Shown piece by piece: positions 38,469-55,582 of a DNA stretch of 64,000 nt. The position numbers were made by a program, and so were the translations under genes. The notes below the pieces were generated by a model. The model did no database searches. It saw nothing but the letters and a program-made list of their open reading frames with translations, and was not told the origin of the DNA. This DNA comes from the human T2T-CHM13v2.0 reference genome, Homo sapiens. The DNA lies in the NCBI RefSeq assembly GCF_009914755.1, contig NC_060935.1; one strand, given 5' to 3'. Numbering within the stretch: position 1 is the first letter of the stretch; every line of letters starts with the position of its first letter.

Positions 38469-40740
38469 AGCATATTTCTTTCCTTGTGTGACTGAGCTTT
38501 AGAGTTTAAATCCTCTCATTAAATCTGCATGATATTATTACTATCTTAGAGACTAATGACAAAGAGAATCTAGAAAAAAACATAATTAGGAAGCTCTCAT
38601 TCTAAGTCATTTTTAACTTGAATTTTTATTGCCAAGTACATAATAGTGAATCTAAGTAAAAACTTATTCCTTACACTATTTTCTACTTCTTACTAGATGA
38701 AGGCAGAAATCACAGTACTACTGAATTACAGTTTTATAGTATGTCTCTTCTTTCCTTAGTTTCTATCTACTCAACTTTTCCAGAGACCCCTAAAAAAATT
38801 ATCAGAGATACAAAAAGCAAAGTCTTAAAAGCATTTCCTATAAACAAGAAAATCAATATCTTTTAGGGGCCCAATTTTCCAAATTTCACTGACATTTTGA
38901 CTAAAAAGCTTAAGACTCTTGTCAATGACCAAATAAAGACTCAAATTGTAGGATGCCTCCATGATATAGTCAACTGTGGGTGCATTTAAACTGTAACTGT
39001 TACTTCAGTGCCTACACTTTCTAAGGGTTTTATTTTGATGCTGTGGTCTTCTGAGAATGAGTGACAGCCAGCCAGTGTGATTCACTGAGGTACTGCCTAC
39101 ACAAATTAGAGGCTACAAAGCAGTAAATATGGGGCTGGGCCTTGAAGAGGCTCTGACTTACAGAATATTATTGGATAAGTCACCTAAGCTCCTAGCTTAA
39201 GTTTATTATTAAAATAACACCTCTTGACTTGCATGTACATCTGCTAAAAGTAGACTAACCTATCAACCTTGAAGAGCCAATAGTACAAAAAGTTAAAATG
39301 TTATATGAAGAGAAAGGAGACCAACCTATTATTGGAAGAAAAACAGCATTGTAAGCTGATTATAAGAACATTTATTTATTGAGGAGAAATATGCCTCTGT
39401 TACTGAGGAAAACAGCTCTTCAACTTATAGACTGTATTTATTTTGGAAAGATTGATTAAGACTGAGCCTCTAGAATGAGAGACAAGCTGTTTACCTAGTG
39501 GCCATTTCCCAGGAAGAATTATCTATCAAATCATATAGACTGGGTCACAAAGTTCTCCAAGTATTTGCATGGTTAAGCCAATAATTATGCCTAGAATTCT
39601 AGAAAATGAGTAAACAGCAGTAATTATCTGGTTAAAAATAACCAAGACAGATCCAGTGCTAAGAATAAATAGCTATAAAGTTACATTAAACTGTTCTAGG
39701 ACTGCAGATGGTTTTCAAGCTCCAGAGGATCATTTCTCACTTCTAAGGCTTCTAGGAACATCATAAAATCCACCTTCCTCCTACCCACTAGCTCCTCTTT
39801 TTATTAATGTCTAGTGGTTTGCTATTTATGTTTCATTTGTACAGTTTAAGGCCTACTTCCTAATACAAAACAAATGTTACTGCAGGCCTGAGGATACCTT
39901 TACCTAATTGTCCATAACCGAATATGAAAGAAGGCTTTGGGATTAAGTTTCCATAACAGGATAGAAAGACCAGTTGTGAGGGAAATGAAGTCAAAAGCAG
40001 GAGAAAATAACAGGGCCAGTGAAGTGGAAAAAAGGGTGTGGAACAAGGCAGGGTCAGCCATATATCTTCTCTATTTGCCTGGTCAATCCTCCCTGCAAGG
40101 TCCAGTTTGGGTGCTTGGAATATGCTGAATAAGCTTCCCAATTCATGGAGGGGTAGGAGAAATTGAAATTCAACTTAGGAAGCCAAAATAGATTTTTCTG
40201 CCTATTATCAAAAATTTGCAGAAGCTGCACATCTGCTGGTGTGAGACACAAATGTGAAAGTATGCAGGCACACACAAACACATAACACTCGTTAAACTTA
40301 AATCACTTAACTTATTAAGTGTAAACTCACTGAGTTAGAATAAACCTCAGAGATTTTTTTTTTTTCACTAATACATGGGAACGCCAAGATAAACGGAAGA
40401 AAAGAAACATAACAAAGGTCATACAGCTAGACGGAGCAGTGCTGAAGCCAGCATCAGATGTTTTATAAGGTATTAAACGATCTGGTCACATCCTCCCTTT
40501 CTCAACTTCCTGAATACTATTCACTCCTGTAGGTGTATCCCACAGTTGAACGAGTTGAATGCTCTGTGTACTAAACATACTCTTTGCTTTCTCCCTGCCA
40601 TGACATTGGTCAAGCTGTTTCATCTACTTGGAATCCCTCCTTCCAATCTCTAGTGGTTAAAATCCATTCTCCAAGGGCCTATTCAGATGATACCTCTTTC
40701 AAAATGCCCTCCCTGTTTGCTCTCTCTTTATTTACTATGT

Positions 40741-41118
40741 GTTATAAACTGAATGTTTGTGTCCCCCTTAAATTCATATGTTGAAACCCTATCTCCATCC
40801 AGCGTGCCCATATTTGTAGTAAGGAAGTAATTAAGGTTATATGAGGTCATAAGGGTGAGGCCCTGATCCAACAGGATTAGTATCCTGAGATAGAGAGCTT
40901 GTTCTTGCTCTTGCTCTCTCTCTCCCTCTCTCCCCACTGCCCCACGTTCTGAAGAAAGGCCACGTGACATAGTGATAAGGCAGCCATCTGCAACCCAGAA
41001 AGAAAGCCGTTCCCAGAAAGTGAATTGGCTGGAACTTTGATCTTGAGAAAATAAATTTCTGTTGTTAAAATATCCACTCTGTGGTATTTCGATATGGCAG
41101 CCTAAGCAGACTATGACA
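40741..41118 (+). mobile_element. MaLR solo LTR (MLT1-like)
   Basis: tgaatgtttgtgtcccct...aaattcatatgttgaaacccta ... aataaatttctgttgtt ... gcagcctaagcagactatgaca. Confidence 0.85.
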
Positions 41119-41134
41119 CTATCTTAAGTAGAAC

Positions 41135-41432
41135 TTTGTTGTTGTTGTTTTGAGATGGAGTCTTGCTCTGTTACCCAGGCTAGAGTGCAGTGGGGCAATC
41201 TCGGCTCACTGCAACCTCTGCCTCCTTGGTTCAACAATTCTCCTGCCTCAGCCTCCTGAGTAGCTGGGATTACAGGCGCCCACCACCATCCCCAGCTAAA
41301 TTTTGTATTTTTAGTAAAGACAGGGTTTCACCATGTTGGCCAGGCTGCTCTCAAACTCCTGACCTCGAGCAATCCACCCACCTCGGCCTCCCAAAGTGTT
41401 GGGATTACAGGCGTGAGCCACTATGCCTGGCC
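41135..41432 (-). mobile_element. AluS
   Basis: TSD tagaactttgtt. Confidence 0.92.
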
Positions 41433-41794
41433 TAGAACTTTGTTTATACTTCTTTAACAATTATTTCATTCTATTTTGTATTACATTTAGGACAGTTTTT
41501 TGCTCTAGAATGTGCTGAAATGCTATGCTACAACCTTCCTTAGGCTTGATACAAGATAAAATAGCAGCCATAATAACAATACAAAGTATTAGTATTTCTA
41601 TGACAACAATGATGATCAAGGTAGAGTTTTTAAAAAATAAATAATACTCTACCGTTTTATAAGGAAATGTATTATATGAAGTAAGTTCCTGTGTTGTTCC
41701 TATTTTTGTATGCTCATTAAGAGATAATATTTTTAAAATGCCAACAATTAGGTTTTAAAAACTAAACATGAAATCATTAATTAAACCTAAATAA

Positions 41795-42913
41795 TTTTTT
41801 AAAATTATACTTTAAGTTCTAGGGTACATGTGCACAATGTGCAGGTTTGTTACCCAGGTATACATGTGCCATGTTGGTTTGCTGCACCCATCAACTCGTC
41901 ATTTACATCAGGTATTTCTCCTAATGCTATCCCTACCCCAATCCCCAACCCCCCGACAGGCCCCAGTGTGTGACGTTCCCTGCCCTGTGTCCAAGTGTTT
42001 TCACTGTTCAATCCTCACCTATGAGTGAGAACATGCGGTGTTTGGTTTTCTGCTCTTGCGATAGTTTGCTGAGAATGATGGTTTCCAGCTTCATCCATGT
42101 CCCTACAAAGGACATGAACTCATCCTTTTTTATGGCTGCACAGTATTCCATGGTGTTTATGTGCCACATTTTCTTAATCCAACCTATCATTGATGGACAT
42201 TTGGGTTGGTTTCAAGTCTTTGCTATTGTGTATAGTGCCACAATAAATTTACGTGTGCATGTGTCTTTATAGCAGCATGATTTATAATCCTTTGGGTATA
42301 TACCCAGTAATGGGATCACTGGGTCAAATGGTATTTCTAGTTCTAGATCCCTAAGGAATCACCACACTATCTTCCACAATGGTTGAACTCATTTACACTC
42401 CCACCAACAGTGTAAAAGCATTCCTATTTCTCCACATCCGCTCCAGCATCTGTTGTTTCCTGACTTTTTAATGACCGCCATTCTAACTGGCATGAGATGG
42501 TATCTCATTGTGGTTTTGATTTGCATTTCTCTGATGACCAATGATGATGAGCATTTTTTCATGTGTCTGTTGGCTGCATAAATGTCTTCTTTTGAGAAGT
42601 GTCTGTTCATATCCTTTGCCCACTTTTTGATGGGGTTGTTTTTTTCTCGTAAATTTCTTTAAGTTCTTTGTGGATTCTGGATATTAGTCCTTTGTCAGAT
42701 GAGCAGATTGCAAAAATTTCCTCCCATTCCGTAGGTTGCCTGTTCACTCTGATGGTAGTTTCTTCTGCCGTGCAGAACCTCTTTAGTTTAATTAGATCCC
42801 ATTTGTCTATTTTGGCTTTTGTTGCCATTGCTTTTGGTGTTTTAGTCATGAAGTCCTTGCCCATGCCAATGGCCTGAATGGTATTGCCTAGGTTTTCTTC
42901 TAGGGTTTTTATG
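41795..42913 (-). mobile_element. L1PA 3' end of about 1.1 kb (5'-truncated)
   Basis: [28 protein letters not shown] and the 3' UTR; TSD aattaaacctaaataattt. Confidence 0.95.
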
Positions 42914-44182
42914 AATTAAACCTAAATAATTTAAAAAAATCTGTGTACATATAGTCTGTCTCTTAATAGCCTTTGAGGGCAGAGACCATGTCTTGCACAT
43001 CTTGGCATCAATTCAAATGCTAGGTTAAAGCATCTTAAATATAGGTACTGGAGGTACACACAATGCTTGTTAAATTCCAAAAGGTTAATTACATATTTCC
43101 CAGAGGCTTGCTTCTAAGATTATAATTTTAATTCTAATTTTATTAGCTGGAAATGTCACCCAAGAGTATAATAAAACCAGCTAACTCCACAGTCATTCAA
43201 GATGGCTCTCTGACTTCTTCCAGGTAATCTCCTGCTATCAGTACTGAAACATGCCTATGACCGAGGGTTAAGCTCATGCTTTCATCTCCCCAACACTTAA
43301 AACTCCCTCTGAAAGTGACCCCTCTTTATCTTTACGTCTCTCTTATCATGTAAAAATCTATCAGTGACAAAGAGGAACAACTGCAAAGCTGCAGAAATTA
43401 AAAACAGACCTTTTGACTTAGGTACAAAATGTTTGCACTTTGGACATAAAGGGAATTTGCTGAGTTACTGAATCAAGTATTTATAGCACCACATAATTGA
43501 TTTTCTGCCATAATAATTTCTTCTGTAATTTAGCAGCTCCTCCACAAATCCCCATCAAATCTATGACTTCTCAAAAATGCTAACAATGCTGGCTAATACA
43601 AAGGAAACAGTGCCACCTAAGCAAAATTAAACTAGAATAATAATCTATTCATAAAGTTCTTTTTAGGGACACATAGTTATTAAAATCTTTGCTTTTGTTA
43701 TTCACGAGTCATGAGTTTTGCATTTTCCATTCTTTTCTCAATTATGTTATTAGGCTGTATCTTATCAAAAGTATTCTAATTCCTATCTTCAGGCTACAAA
43801 GTCCTTGCCCTAAATGAAAATATTAGAGTCCACTAAAAACCAACATAATCAAGTATGCCCTGTGACTTCCAACCCCAAAAGTGGAGGATGCTGACATGCA
43901 TCATCATCGGTTTTGCCATTTGCCAGCTGGAGGACCTGGGCTAAGCTTGGTGAGCATAGGGACTGTGTCTGTTTTATTTGTCAATGTATATCCAGTGACT
44001 GGTGAAGCAGACATTCAATTTATAGTTGAATTCATGTCCTGTCTTTCATTCAACAAATATTCGCTGTGCACGTACTATATGCCAGGCACTAGGTTAGGTG
44101 CTTTACATGAATAATTTCATCTTTAGTTATCACCATTTTAGAGTAGAAGAATAAAAGTTCAGACAGTTAAACATTTGTTTCA

Positions 44183-44526
<344 letters not shown>

Positions 44527-46144
44527 TCAAATCCAGATCTTTCTGTGGCCCCAGAGTTCAGGCCTTTTCCTTACTATACCACACAACAACAATTCACAAT
44601 CAGAAGCTAAAAGCTGGAGGTTGTGAAGCTTGCATGTTATTAACTATATCTGGCTGAGTATGTGTTTTGTTTTGGCTGTCTAGGATTTTTGAAAAATGAA
44701 GCCAACATTTTAAACTGAAGAGGTTTTACATACAATCTAAATTTCGCGCTTCTTTTGAAAAGCCTAAAGATGTGGTAGCAATGTTCCTACATCCCTGTAT
44801 GGCAACAACTGCTGAAGCTAAGCAGAGGCTGCCCCTTAGATGGGACATGTGCTCTTCATGTGGCCTGCTAACTCATTTGCGTTATTTGTTTGGCCCCTGT
44901 AGATTTGGTTTGTAACTTCTGCTACCTCTATGTGGATCTCTAAGTACCCTCATCAGTGCTTGTCTATTATACTAGCCTACTAAGTGGCCTCTGTTGCTCT
45001 AACCCCTCATCTTCCTATCTTCTACACTGCTCTAGTTTGTTTCTGAAACAATCACGTCACTGCCCTACTCAAGAGTATGGTATTACGTACTCCTTAGTGA
45101 CCAGAGAATAATATTAGTCTAAACTCCTTAACATGACATTCTAGACATTCTGTGATTTGATTTCAAATTACTTTTCCTGTCATATTTTCCTTGTCTAATG
45201 ACTGCATGGATTGCAGCTATCCTAGAAGGGGGTGTCTAGTAGCCTGCTACAAAATTCTGCCCCTGTCAGCATTTTAATCAATGGCTTGGATCACAAGAAA
45301 TATGATTTTCAAATTTAAGAAGGAGGAAAAGGAAACCTATAATTTATTTATATCCAGCCTCAGAAATGCATGCCTTAATCCTTTTACTGCCTACAGAAGA
45401 CTCTGGCAAGTGCTTAACAAAAAGATCTGGAGTCAATGATGGTTTTAAGATTATGTACAAGCCACTCACAGAGATACTAGTGCTCCTTTGCCCTTTTATA
45501 GCATAAAAAGGCATTTTTGGATATAGAATCTCATTTCTTCAAGTCCAACAACAAAAATAGGATGATAGATAAAATATTTAAATGAACCGAATGAGTGATT
45601 AAATAAAGTAAGAATTGTATTTGGACAGAAAGCTCTTGGCACAGCAGTGATACCTAAGGATAAATTATAACCATGAACATTTTTCAGAATTCCAAAGATG
45701 TGTTCAGCACTCTGCTGGGGGCTGGGATGGTGATTCTAAAATGTACTATCACATATGAGGCTCAAAACGCTGGGGTGAAGCCAGTGAAACTGATAACACA
45801 GTTGTTTTAGGAAGAACGAGTAACTGTTAATTGTTACACGCATCTCATCTCTCATAACTACAGAGAGAGTTAAGCTATAAAAATTTAGTTTATTAATTCC
45901 AAATAAGGGGAAACTGTCCAGATACTTTTCCCCCGCCTTAATCCTTCTAGAGGATTCAAATCTCACTCCTGGTGGACTGATTTCTCATGATAACACTTTG
46001 GCATGGAGCATGCCCAGAGTTCAGCTGCAAGGCACTTCCCAGAAGTCATGTCAGCTTCAGCTAGCCTTCTTGGATGGAAAAGAGAACAGATTTTAGCTTT
46101 GGCCAAGTAGAGTCTCTACAACACTCCCCATCCCCCCCCAATTA

Positions 46145-47558
<1,414 letters not shown>

Positions 47559-49366
47559 AGCTCCCTATTGATCACATATCTGGATTTTACAACCTGGCAT
47601 CAAAGATCTGCATAATAATGGCAATATTAGCTAAGATGTCAATAGCACTTACTATGTACCAGTATTTCTACCATCTATTGCTGTGTGGAAAAAAAAAACA
47701 GCCAAAACTTAGTGGCTTAAAAACAACCACTGTATTTTTTTATTTTAAATTGATTAAAATAAATTTATACCCAGGACATAGCAGAGGACTGCAGGTGCCT
47801 CCTCCAGCTCTGTCCCCCAAAACAACCATTTTATTACCTCTCACTAGTCTATGGATTGACTGATGGTTAAGGGAATAGGTTCTGAAATCAGACTAACTCT
47901 CAAGGTTATGATTGTGAGGATTAAATCCTCACGTGTGTATGTGAAGTGTTTAGCATAGTATCTGGTACCTAGGAAGTGTTCAGTCAATGCTGGGCATCAT
48001 TATTATTATATTTTATGAGTTATTTTTCCTAAACTCAATGATAATAAATCACAAGTTCCTCAAAGGCAGAGGCTAGGTCTTCGATGTTGAGGTTCCTCAT
48101 TTAGACTACCAAAGGGTTCTTAACACAAGAAAGAGCTGAATAAATACTTTTGATTTGAATCAACAGGTGTGATAAATTAAAAATAAGTATCCCTCATTTT
48201 TCATTAAGCTTTTAGAACCCTAAACTTACAGACCTGAAAAAAAGGGGCCCTAAGTTATTTTTTGGAGGCTAGAATCTCCAAGCACTCCCCCACGCCAGCC
48301 TGGAGAGTACTGTCTTTATAACCAGTGTCTACTGGTGAAGTATGACATTAAGCTGTATTAGACATCATCAGCATTTACACAGAAGTGAATGACAGACTCT
48401 TAGGGTTCTGAGACTCTTGAATACTTCTGGAATTTTTAAGACACTGATGGCTTCAGCCCCAGAGATTTTGTTTTCAACTACCCTTTGATGGAGGCTTTGC
48501 ATCTGTTGTCTTTAAAAGCACTCCAGGTGATTCTAATGTGCAGCAGAGTTAAGAATCATGGGTCCAGGTCAAAGGATTAGAGCCCATATTGAGCAATAAC
48601 AGATCTGAAATCAGGAGACCTGGGCTCTTGTATTGAATACTGGATCATCAATTCAATTCAAGAAACTGTTTTTGTGAAATGCTCTATGCTAGATACCATA
48701 ACATGAAGAATGAGGAGCCAATAATCTGGACCTTTAGTTTTTGAGTCTGATCATTTAAAGATGGGAGTGGTTTTCCTACTTTTAAAAAAAATGTGGTTTT
48801 AGCTTTTAAAAATGAAATCTTACATATAAGTTCAATATATGTAAAAGAAACAAAAGGAAAGCAGGTTGGCATTAGGAATTCCTACTATACTGCATTAGCC
48901 TTCCCCCTGCTTTTCTCCATTGGAAGCTGACTCTAACTGCATTTTCCTCCTACAGTTTTGGTGGCGTACTTTCTCCTTATCCTAAGGTTGCAAATTTCAC
49001 TTTTCTTGGAGCACAACGGAAGAGAAGTCAAGCATTTGCCACAGAGCTGTGGGTGCACAAAATACTCATGCTGACTAGAACCTTGGCTCAGAAGAGTCCC
49101 TATCTGCTCAAGTCTTATGGGAGGCACTGTAGTTTGTACCATTTCTGACTTTCTGCTTAGACTCTCCCATGTGTTTTCTGGGCTAAATTAGTCACTCTTC
49201 TCCAATTGTTCCAAGTAATATTCTGGGAAAGGAAAACCTAACAAAATAACTTAAATATTCAATCATGTAAACACATTCTCAACATTTCATGGAAACAATC
49301 TAAGGCAGTAAATCCATAAACCAAAGAAAGCTTTCTGGGACCTAGACATTCAAATAGTGTAATTAT

Positions 49367-49695
49367 GGCCTGGCATGGTGGCTCACGCCTGTAATCTCAG
49401 CACTTTGGGAGACTGAGGCGGACGGATCACTTGAGGTCAGGAGTTCGAGACTAGCCTGGCCAACATGGTAAAACCCTGTCTCTACTAAAAATACAAAAAT
49501 TAGCTGAGCGTGGTGGTAGGCGCCTATAATCCCAGCTACTCAGGAAGCTGAGGCAGGAGAATCACTTGAACCCGGGAGGCGGAGGCTGCAGTGAGCTCAG
49601 ATTGCACCACTGCACTCTGGCCTGGGGGATAGGGTGAAACTTTTCCTCCAAAAAAAAAAAAAAAAAAAAAAAAACCCCACCCCCCCAAAAAAAAC
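49367..49695 (+). mobile_element. AluS
   Basis: Full dimer; TSD agtgtaatta. Confidence 0.92.
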
Positions 49696-52611
49696 CCAGT
49701 GTAATTACTTCCCATTATTGAACATGATGCCAATACTCTTCAGTGGCTCATGACGAACTCTTCATTGTATTATTTGAAAATTTAAAAATATTATTAAAAA
49801 CTTAAATCTATATTGTCTAATACTTTCTTCCAACCCTCACGTTGCCCACGAACAAAACTCTTTCAAGTCTAGGTCTGTATACTTCACAATCTTTTCTTCT
49901 TCAAGTTTTACAAGACATAAGACAGTGGGTAGAAACAGCAATAATCTTACTGGTTCTGAGAAAAATCACAGTAGACATTAAAGCTTGCTAGTTCCTTTTT
50001 TGGTTTAGTGGGGACACTTTATATTATATTCTATACATGGTGATAGCAAAGTAAGAAGAGGTATACTTTTGGAAGAAATCTATTTTTTTTCTGGAAGATG
50101 AAAAATTTCAATAAAAATTTTTACGTTTTTATTAAGTTATTCTGTTGTAAAAATTTTATTTTTAAATGTGTATGTCAGGAATTATTTGATGGTCCTGGAA
50201 TCCTCCTGCAATAGGGTCCAGGATGATTGTTTCCAAGGCAGAAACAGAATTGAAACAGACTCACACAGGACAACCTCCGTAGCGTTGCCCCCCAATCTTC
50301 TGGCATGACTTTCTAGGAGATGGGATGCGTTCTCCCTTCAGTACGATCTTGGCCTTCACCTCCTACTGTCTCAGAATTAGAAGAGAGGGCATTGTTCCTT
50401 TTGTCAAACACATGGTCCCTTTACCTGTTTGTGGGAGGTGTTACAATCTTCTAAAAAGAAAATGTACTTGGAGGGGCCAACAGAAATAATCAAATTCCAT
50501 GCTACTGTAGAATAAATTAGAGGCTGGCTCAGTCATAATTATGTTTCCTTTCTCACTGTTTTCTTGCAAAATAAATGATCAATTGATTTTTAATGGCACT
50601 ACATAACCTACTAAAGACTGCTCAAATTAGCAACTTTCTTTTAACTTCTATTCCAAAGTAGAAATTCTGCAACTTCACCTGATCTTCACATGATTCTCCT
50701 GTGCTGTCTCATTCTTTAGCTTTTCTTCATTTTGTTATTCCATAGATTTTTTTTCCATGTTTCTGACCTCTATTCTTTTTTTTCTCTTCTTCCAACAGAG
50801 TTCTGTAATCATCTCTCTGTAGAAGCCTCTTGTATTTATATTTGTAGCTGGACTTATCTTTCAAGTTAAAATTCTGCAATTTTCCTTGTTTTCTGGACAG
50901 ATCCACATAGAAGTCCAAGCTACGGGTAGCCTGTAGTTCTTTTGGTTTTAGTTTTATTATTAATAATTAGGAAATCTTTAAAAAGTGGATTTCTGCCTCT
51001 TTTTTTTGAGACGAAGTCTCGCTCTGGAGTGCAGTAGCACCATCGTGTTCCTTCTGCCTCCATTTCCAGTCACAATTCCCAGTAAGTGATTCATGTGTTT
51101 TTTTTTTGCCTATAATATTTATGTCATCTCATACTTCACCCACTCTTTATCTCATTCCCACCTGCAAGATAAATGCTCATTTATCATTCATGGGCACACG
51201 TCACAATTTTTGGGGGCTGTTCCTCCTTGGGTCACCAGGAACTAATGTATTCTTACAGTACTTAGATTGTATCTGTTTTAGAATACACATGCTATAATTT
51301 GTTTGACTAATCTATCTTCTCTGTAAGCGTGTGTATTTAAGGTTGGAGATTTTGACTTGTTGGCTTTTGTAGTCCTAATACTCAGGACGTGGTAGCATAG
51401 GACATCAATGTCTACTGAACTGAACTGTACTATATTTCTTTTGGAGTAGACAAAGAAATAGTCTTAGTAGGCTGCCTCATTTTTCTGAAGAATGAACAAA
51501 AGGGTCCAAACCTTTTTTTCATCATATAAAAAAAAATTGTCCATCACATGAAAAAAGTTAATTATCATTCAAAAAAAGTTGATAAGTTCAGAAAAATATT
51601 TCATAAAATTAAAAATTAGTAATTATTATAAAAATAAATTTAATAAGATTAAAAATACTGTTAATTATTCACTGAAGAACACAATAAGTGTTCTAGAGCT
51701 TCTGAGTAAATTGCCCCAGTTTCCTTCTATCACTAGTTTAAATAGTATATATAAACTAATCTTAATAAAGAACATTAGTTCTAAACTAATTATAATAATT
51801 CATAGTTTCTCAGAAGCAGAAGTTTTTCAGGAGCAGTAGGATAGAGGAACAGTTTTTCAAAACTAGAAAGGAAAAGTGGGAGAAGCCAGGAGAGGTTGTG
51901 CTGAAAGGGAAGAGGAGGAGGAGGAATGCTAAACTGTCTTAAAGAACAAGAAGAAAATGAAGGGAGGAAATAAAAGCAAGACACTAATTCTCTGACCATT
52001 CTAAAATTCTGCTGTGCTGGAAAGATGTGCTGTAATAAACACATTCACATCTTTTCCAGGCCAAATGTGGATTCAGCCAGCACTGATGCTTGTCTTCACT
52101 CTCAAACATTTTTCTGCTGACTAATTTATTTTTAAGATTAATATTTGGTTTACAGCAGAAAAAAACGATGAAAAAAAACCCTTCATCACCCACTCCCTCC
52201 CCTATCTTTTTTTTTTGTGGTCAAAAATATAATCCCTTGAGACCTATTGTAGGAAATGCGATGTATCCAGATCACGAAGTCTGAAAAAAAACAAAATCCT
52301 TTTCCTATTTTGTAAATTTTTGAGACCTCTTATCATTTACCAATTAAAAGTGATGACTTAGGAAATATCTATTTTTTATATTTCTATAAGATTTTTCTTC
52401 TAGCCACAATCTCAATACTATGAAAGTCGGCATATTTGTATTCCATCAGAATTACCTACAAACTCTCGTATCTATAGAAGGACAATCAGGATCCATATTA
52501 ATTACTAAGGCAAAGCCAGTATTCAAGGAACTTCTGAATTATTAGTGAAATACAAAAGTGTATTTAGTGTAATTTTGAAAACTATGTTCCCTATTAGAAA
52601 TACGTGAAAAT

Positions 52612-52912
52612 GGCCAGGCATGGTGGTTCATACCTATAACTCCAACACTTGGGGAAGCCAAGGGGGAGGATCACTTGAGCCCAGGAGTTTGAGACCAGCC
52701 TGGGCAATACAGTGAGATGTCATCTCTACAAAAGAAAAAAATGTTTTTAAATTAGCTGTGTGTGGTGGTGCATGCTTGCAGTCCTGCTACTGAGGAGGCT
52801 GAGGTGGGAGGATTGCTTAAGCCCAGGAGGTGGAGGTTGCAGTGAGCTGAGATGGCATCACTGTACTCCAGCTTGGGCAACAGAGCTAAAAACCAGTCTC
52901 AAAAAAAAAAAA
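52612..52912 (+). mobile_element. AluJ
   Basis: gatcacttgagcccaggagtttgag. Confidence 0.9.
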
Positions 52913-54079
52913 GAGAAATATATGAATATTTGAAACTTATAAATAATACTATGTAACGATTAAAGGGTAAACCATAACAACTTGACTTTGCCCCCTCTAA
53001 GCCAAAACTTAATGAAGTATCCTTGCTGGTTATATGTGTGAAAATGCCTGAAGAAATTAGAGGGCAGGAGTGATGTCAACTCAGTATCTCTAAGCAAAAA
53101 GATTAAAAAAAAAGTTTCTAGAGGTATGCTTCATAAATTGGAACTCATTTGAAGAACTCTATTATAGTTAAAGAACTTGAGGTTTGAAATCAGACAGAAT
53201 TGAGTGAGTCCTGTTCTGACATTTACTAGCTAGGTAGTATAGATTCTTTCCAAGCCACATTTCCTTCACCTTAAAATGGAATAAAATTTCACTGGGTTAG
53301 ATTAGGTACTGCAAGTCAAACGTAGCATCTTGTATATAGTAAAAGTTCAGTAAATATTAGCTCTCTTTATTATTCCTATCACCTGCCTCTGGACTCCCAT
53401 TCTTTACTGTGTTCTGTTAGGTAAATGAACTTACATGAGAAACACCAGGCTTTGACATGAAAAACACAGATTTTACTTTACTCATGTTAGGGAGTATCGG
53501 CTGGGGGAATACCTAGAGTCTGATGGTGGCAGGAAGGTCACCACTTAGCTAGCTCAGGAAATGCTGTGACTCTCTGTACTTTAATGTCACCAACTGATTA
53601 GGTCAGTTAGATTTACACAAATGACACAAGTGACTTTTCTAACTGCTTCTCTGATTAGGTAAGTTAGATTCATACAAATGACACAGATTACTTTTTCCAG
53701 GTAGACTTTCCTATTACCCTACCCTGAATTTACTTGCCATGGGCTTTCATATTTTGAAATGGAAATAATAACTAGGTCTAAAAATTTTATTTACAGCCAG
53801 ATAAACTTGTGGGTCTTTACGTAGAATGTATAAGCCAAAGTTAAAATTCAGCAATAAAGAAATTAAATAACTATAAAATCAGGTAGAAATGTAAATTTAT
53901 AGTTCTTTAAACTGAGGAGTCATGTTGTACATCTCACATTTTTTCCTAATATATTTATAAGAGAATTAGTTTAATTGTATATTATATACTGAATTAGACA
54001 CATTTTGAAATAATACAGGTTACCTAAGCACTCCAGGTGTGGAAAATTCTTAATAATTAGCAGTCTTAACGAAATCTTC

Positions 54080-54760
<681 letters not shown>

Positions 54761-55234
54761 TCTTCTTCAAACAAATCTTTTGAATGGCTAGATACTAGAA
54801 AATAAATTTTTACATGTTGAATGGAGAATTTTGAAGAAAAAATATGTTTCTCCTGAGAATGAGTGTCTGAATAACGCTCTTATTCTGAAGTAAGACCTAA
54901 CTCAATCAATAAAACTTCCTCAAATGCCAACTACATGTGGAGGATCTTTAGAATCTGGAAAGGCTTCACTTCAGGATGATTGCACTTAAGGTGAATAGGG
55001 TATTTATTTTTCCTCCCAGGGTAAACACAGGCTATAAGGGTACCAAAGGAGAAAGTGTTAGCTCTCCTGGGAGTCATTTTGAGTATCAATAACCAACAGA
55101 TGTGCCTCAAAGAAGTAATGGGACGGCTTTGCCATATTTTGACAGATTCCAGGAAACCTTTTGGAATACCCTGGTTATTAAGAACCACAACAGGGTGACC
55201 CTGAGGTGCATGGGTCACTGGAGAGAAGGCATTA

Positions 55235-55582
<348 letters not shown>

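Noticed and set aside
51579-51839. 86-aa Asn/Lys/Ile-rich ORF suggesting an organellar or foreign insert
   Set aside because: Explained by extreme AT content; no recognisable mitochondrial homology.
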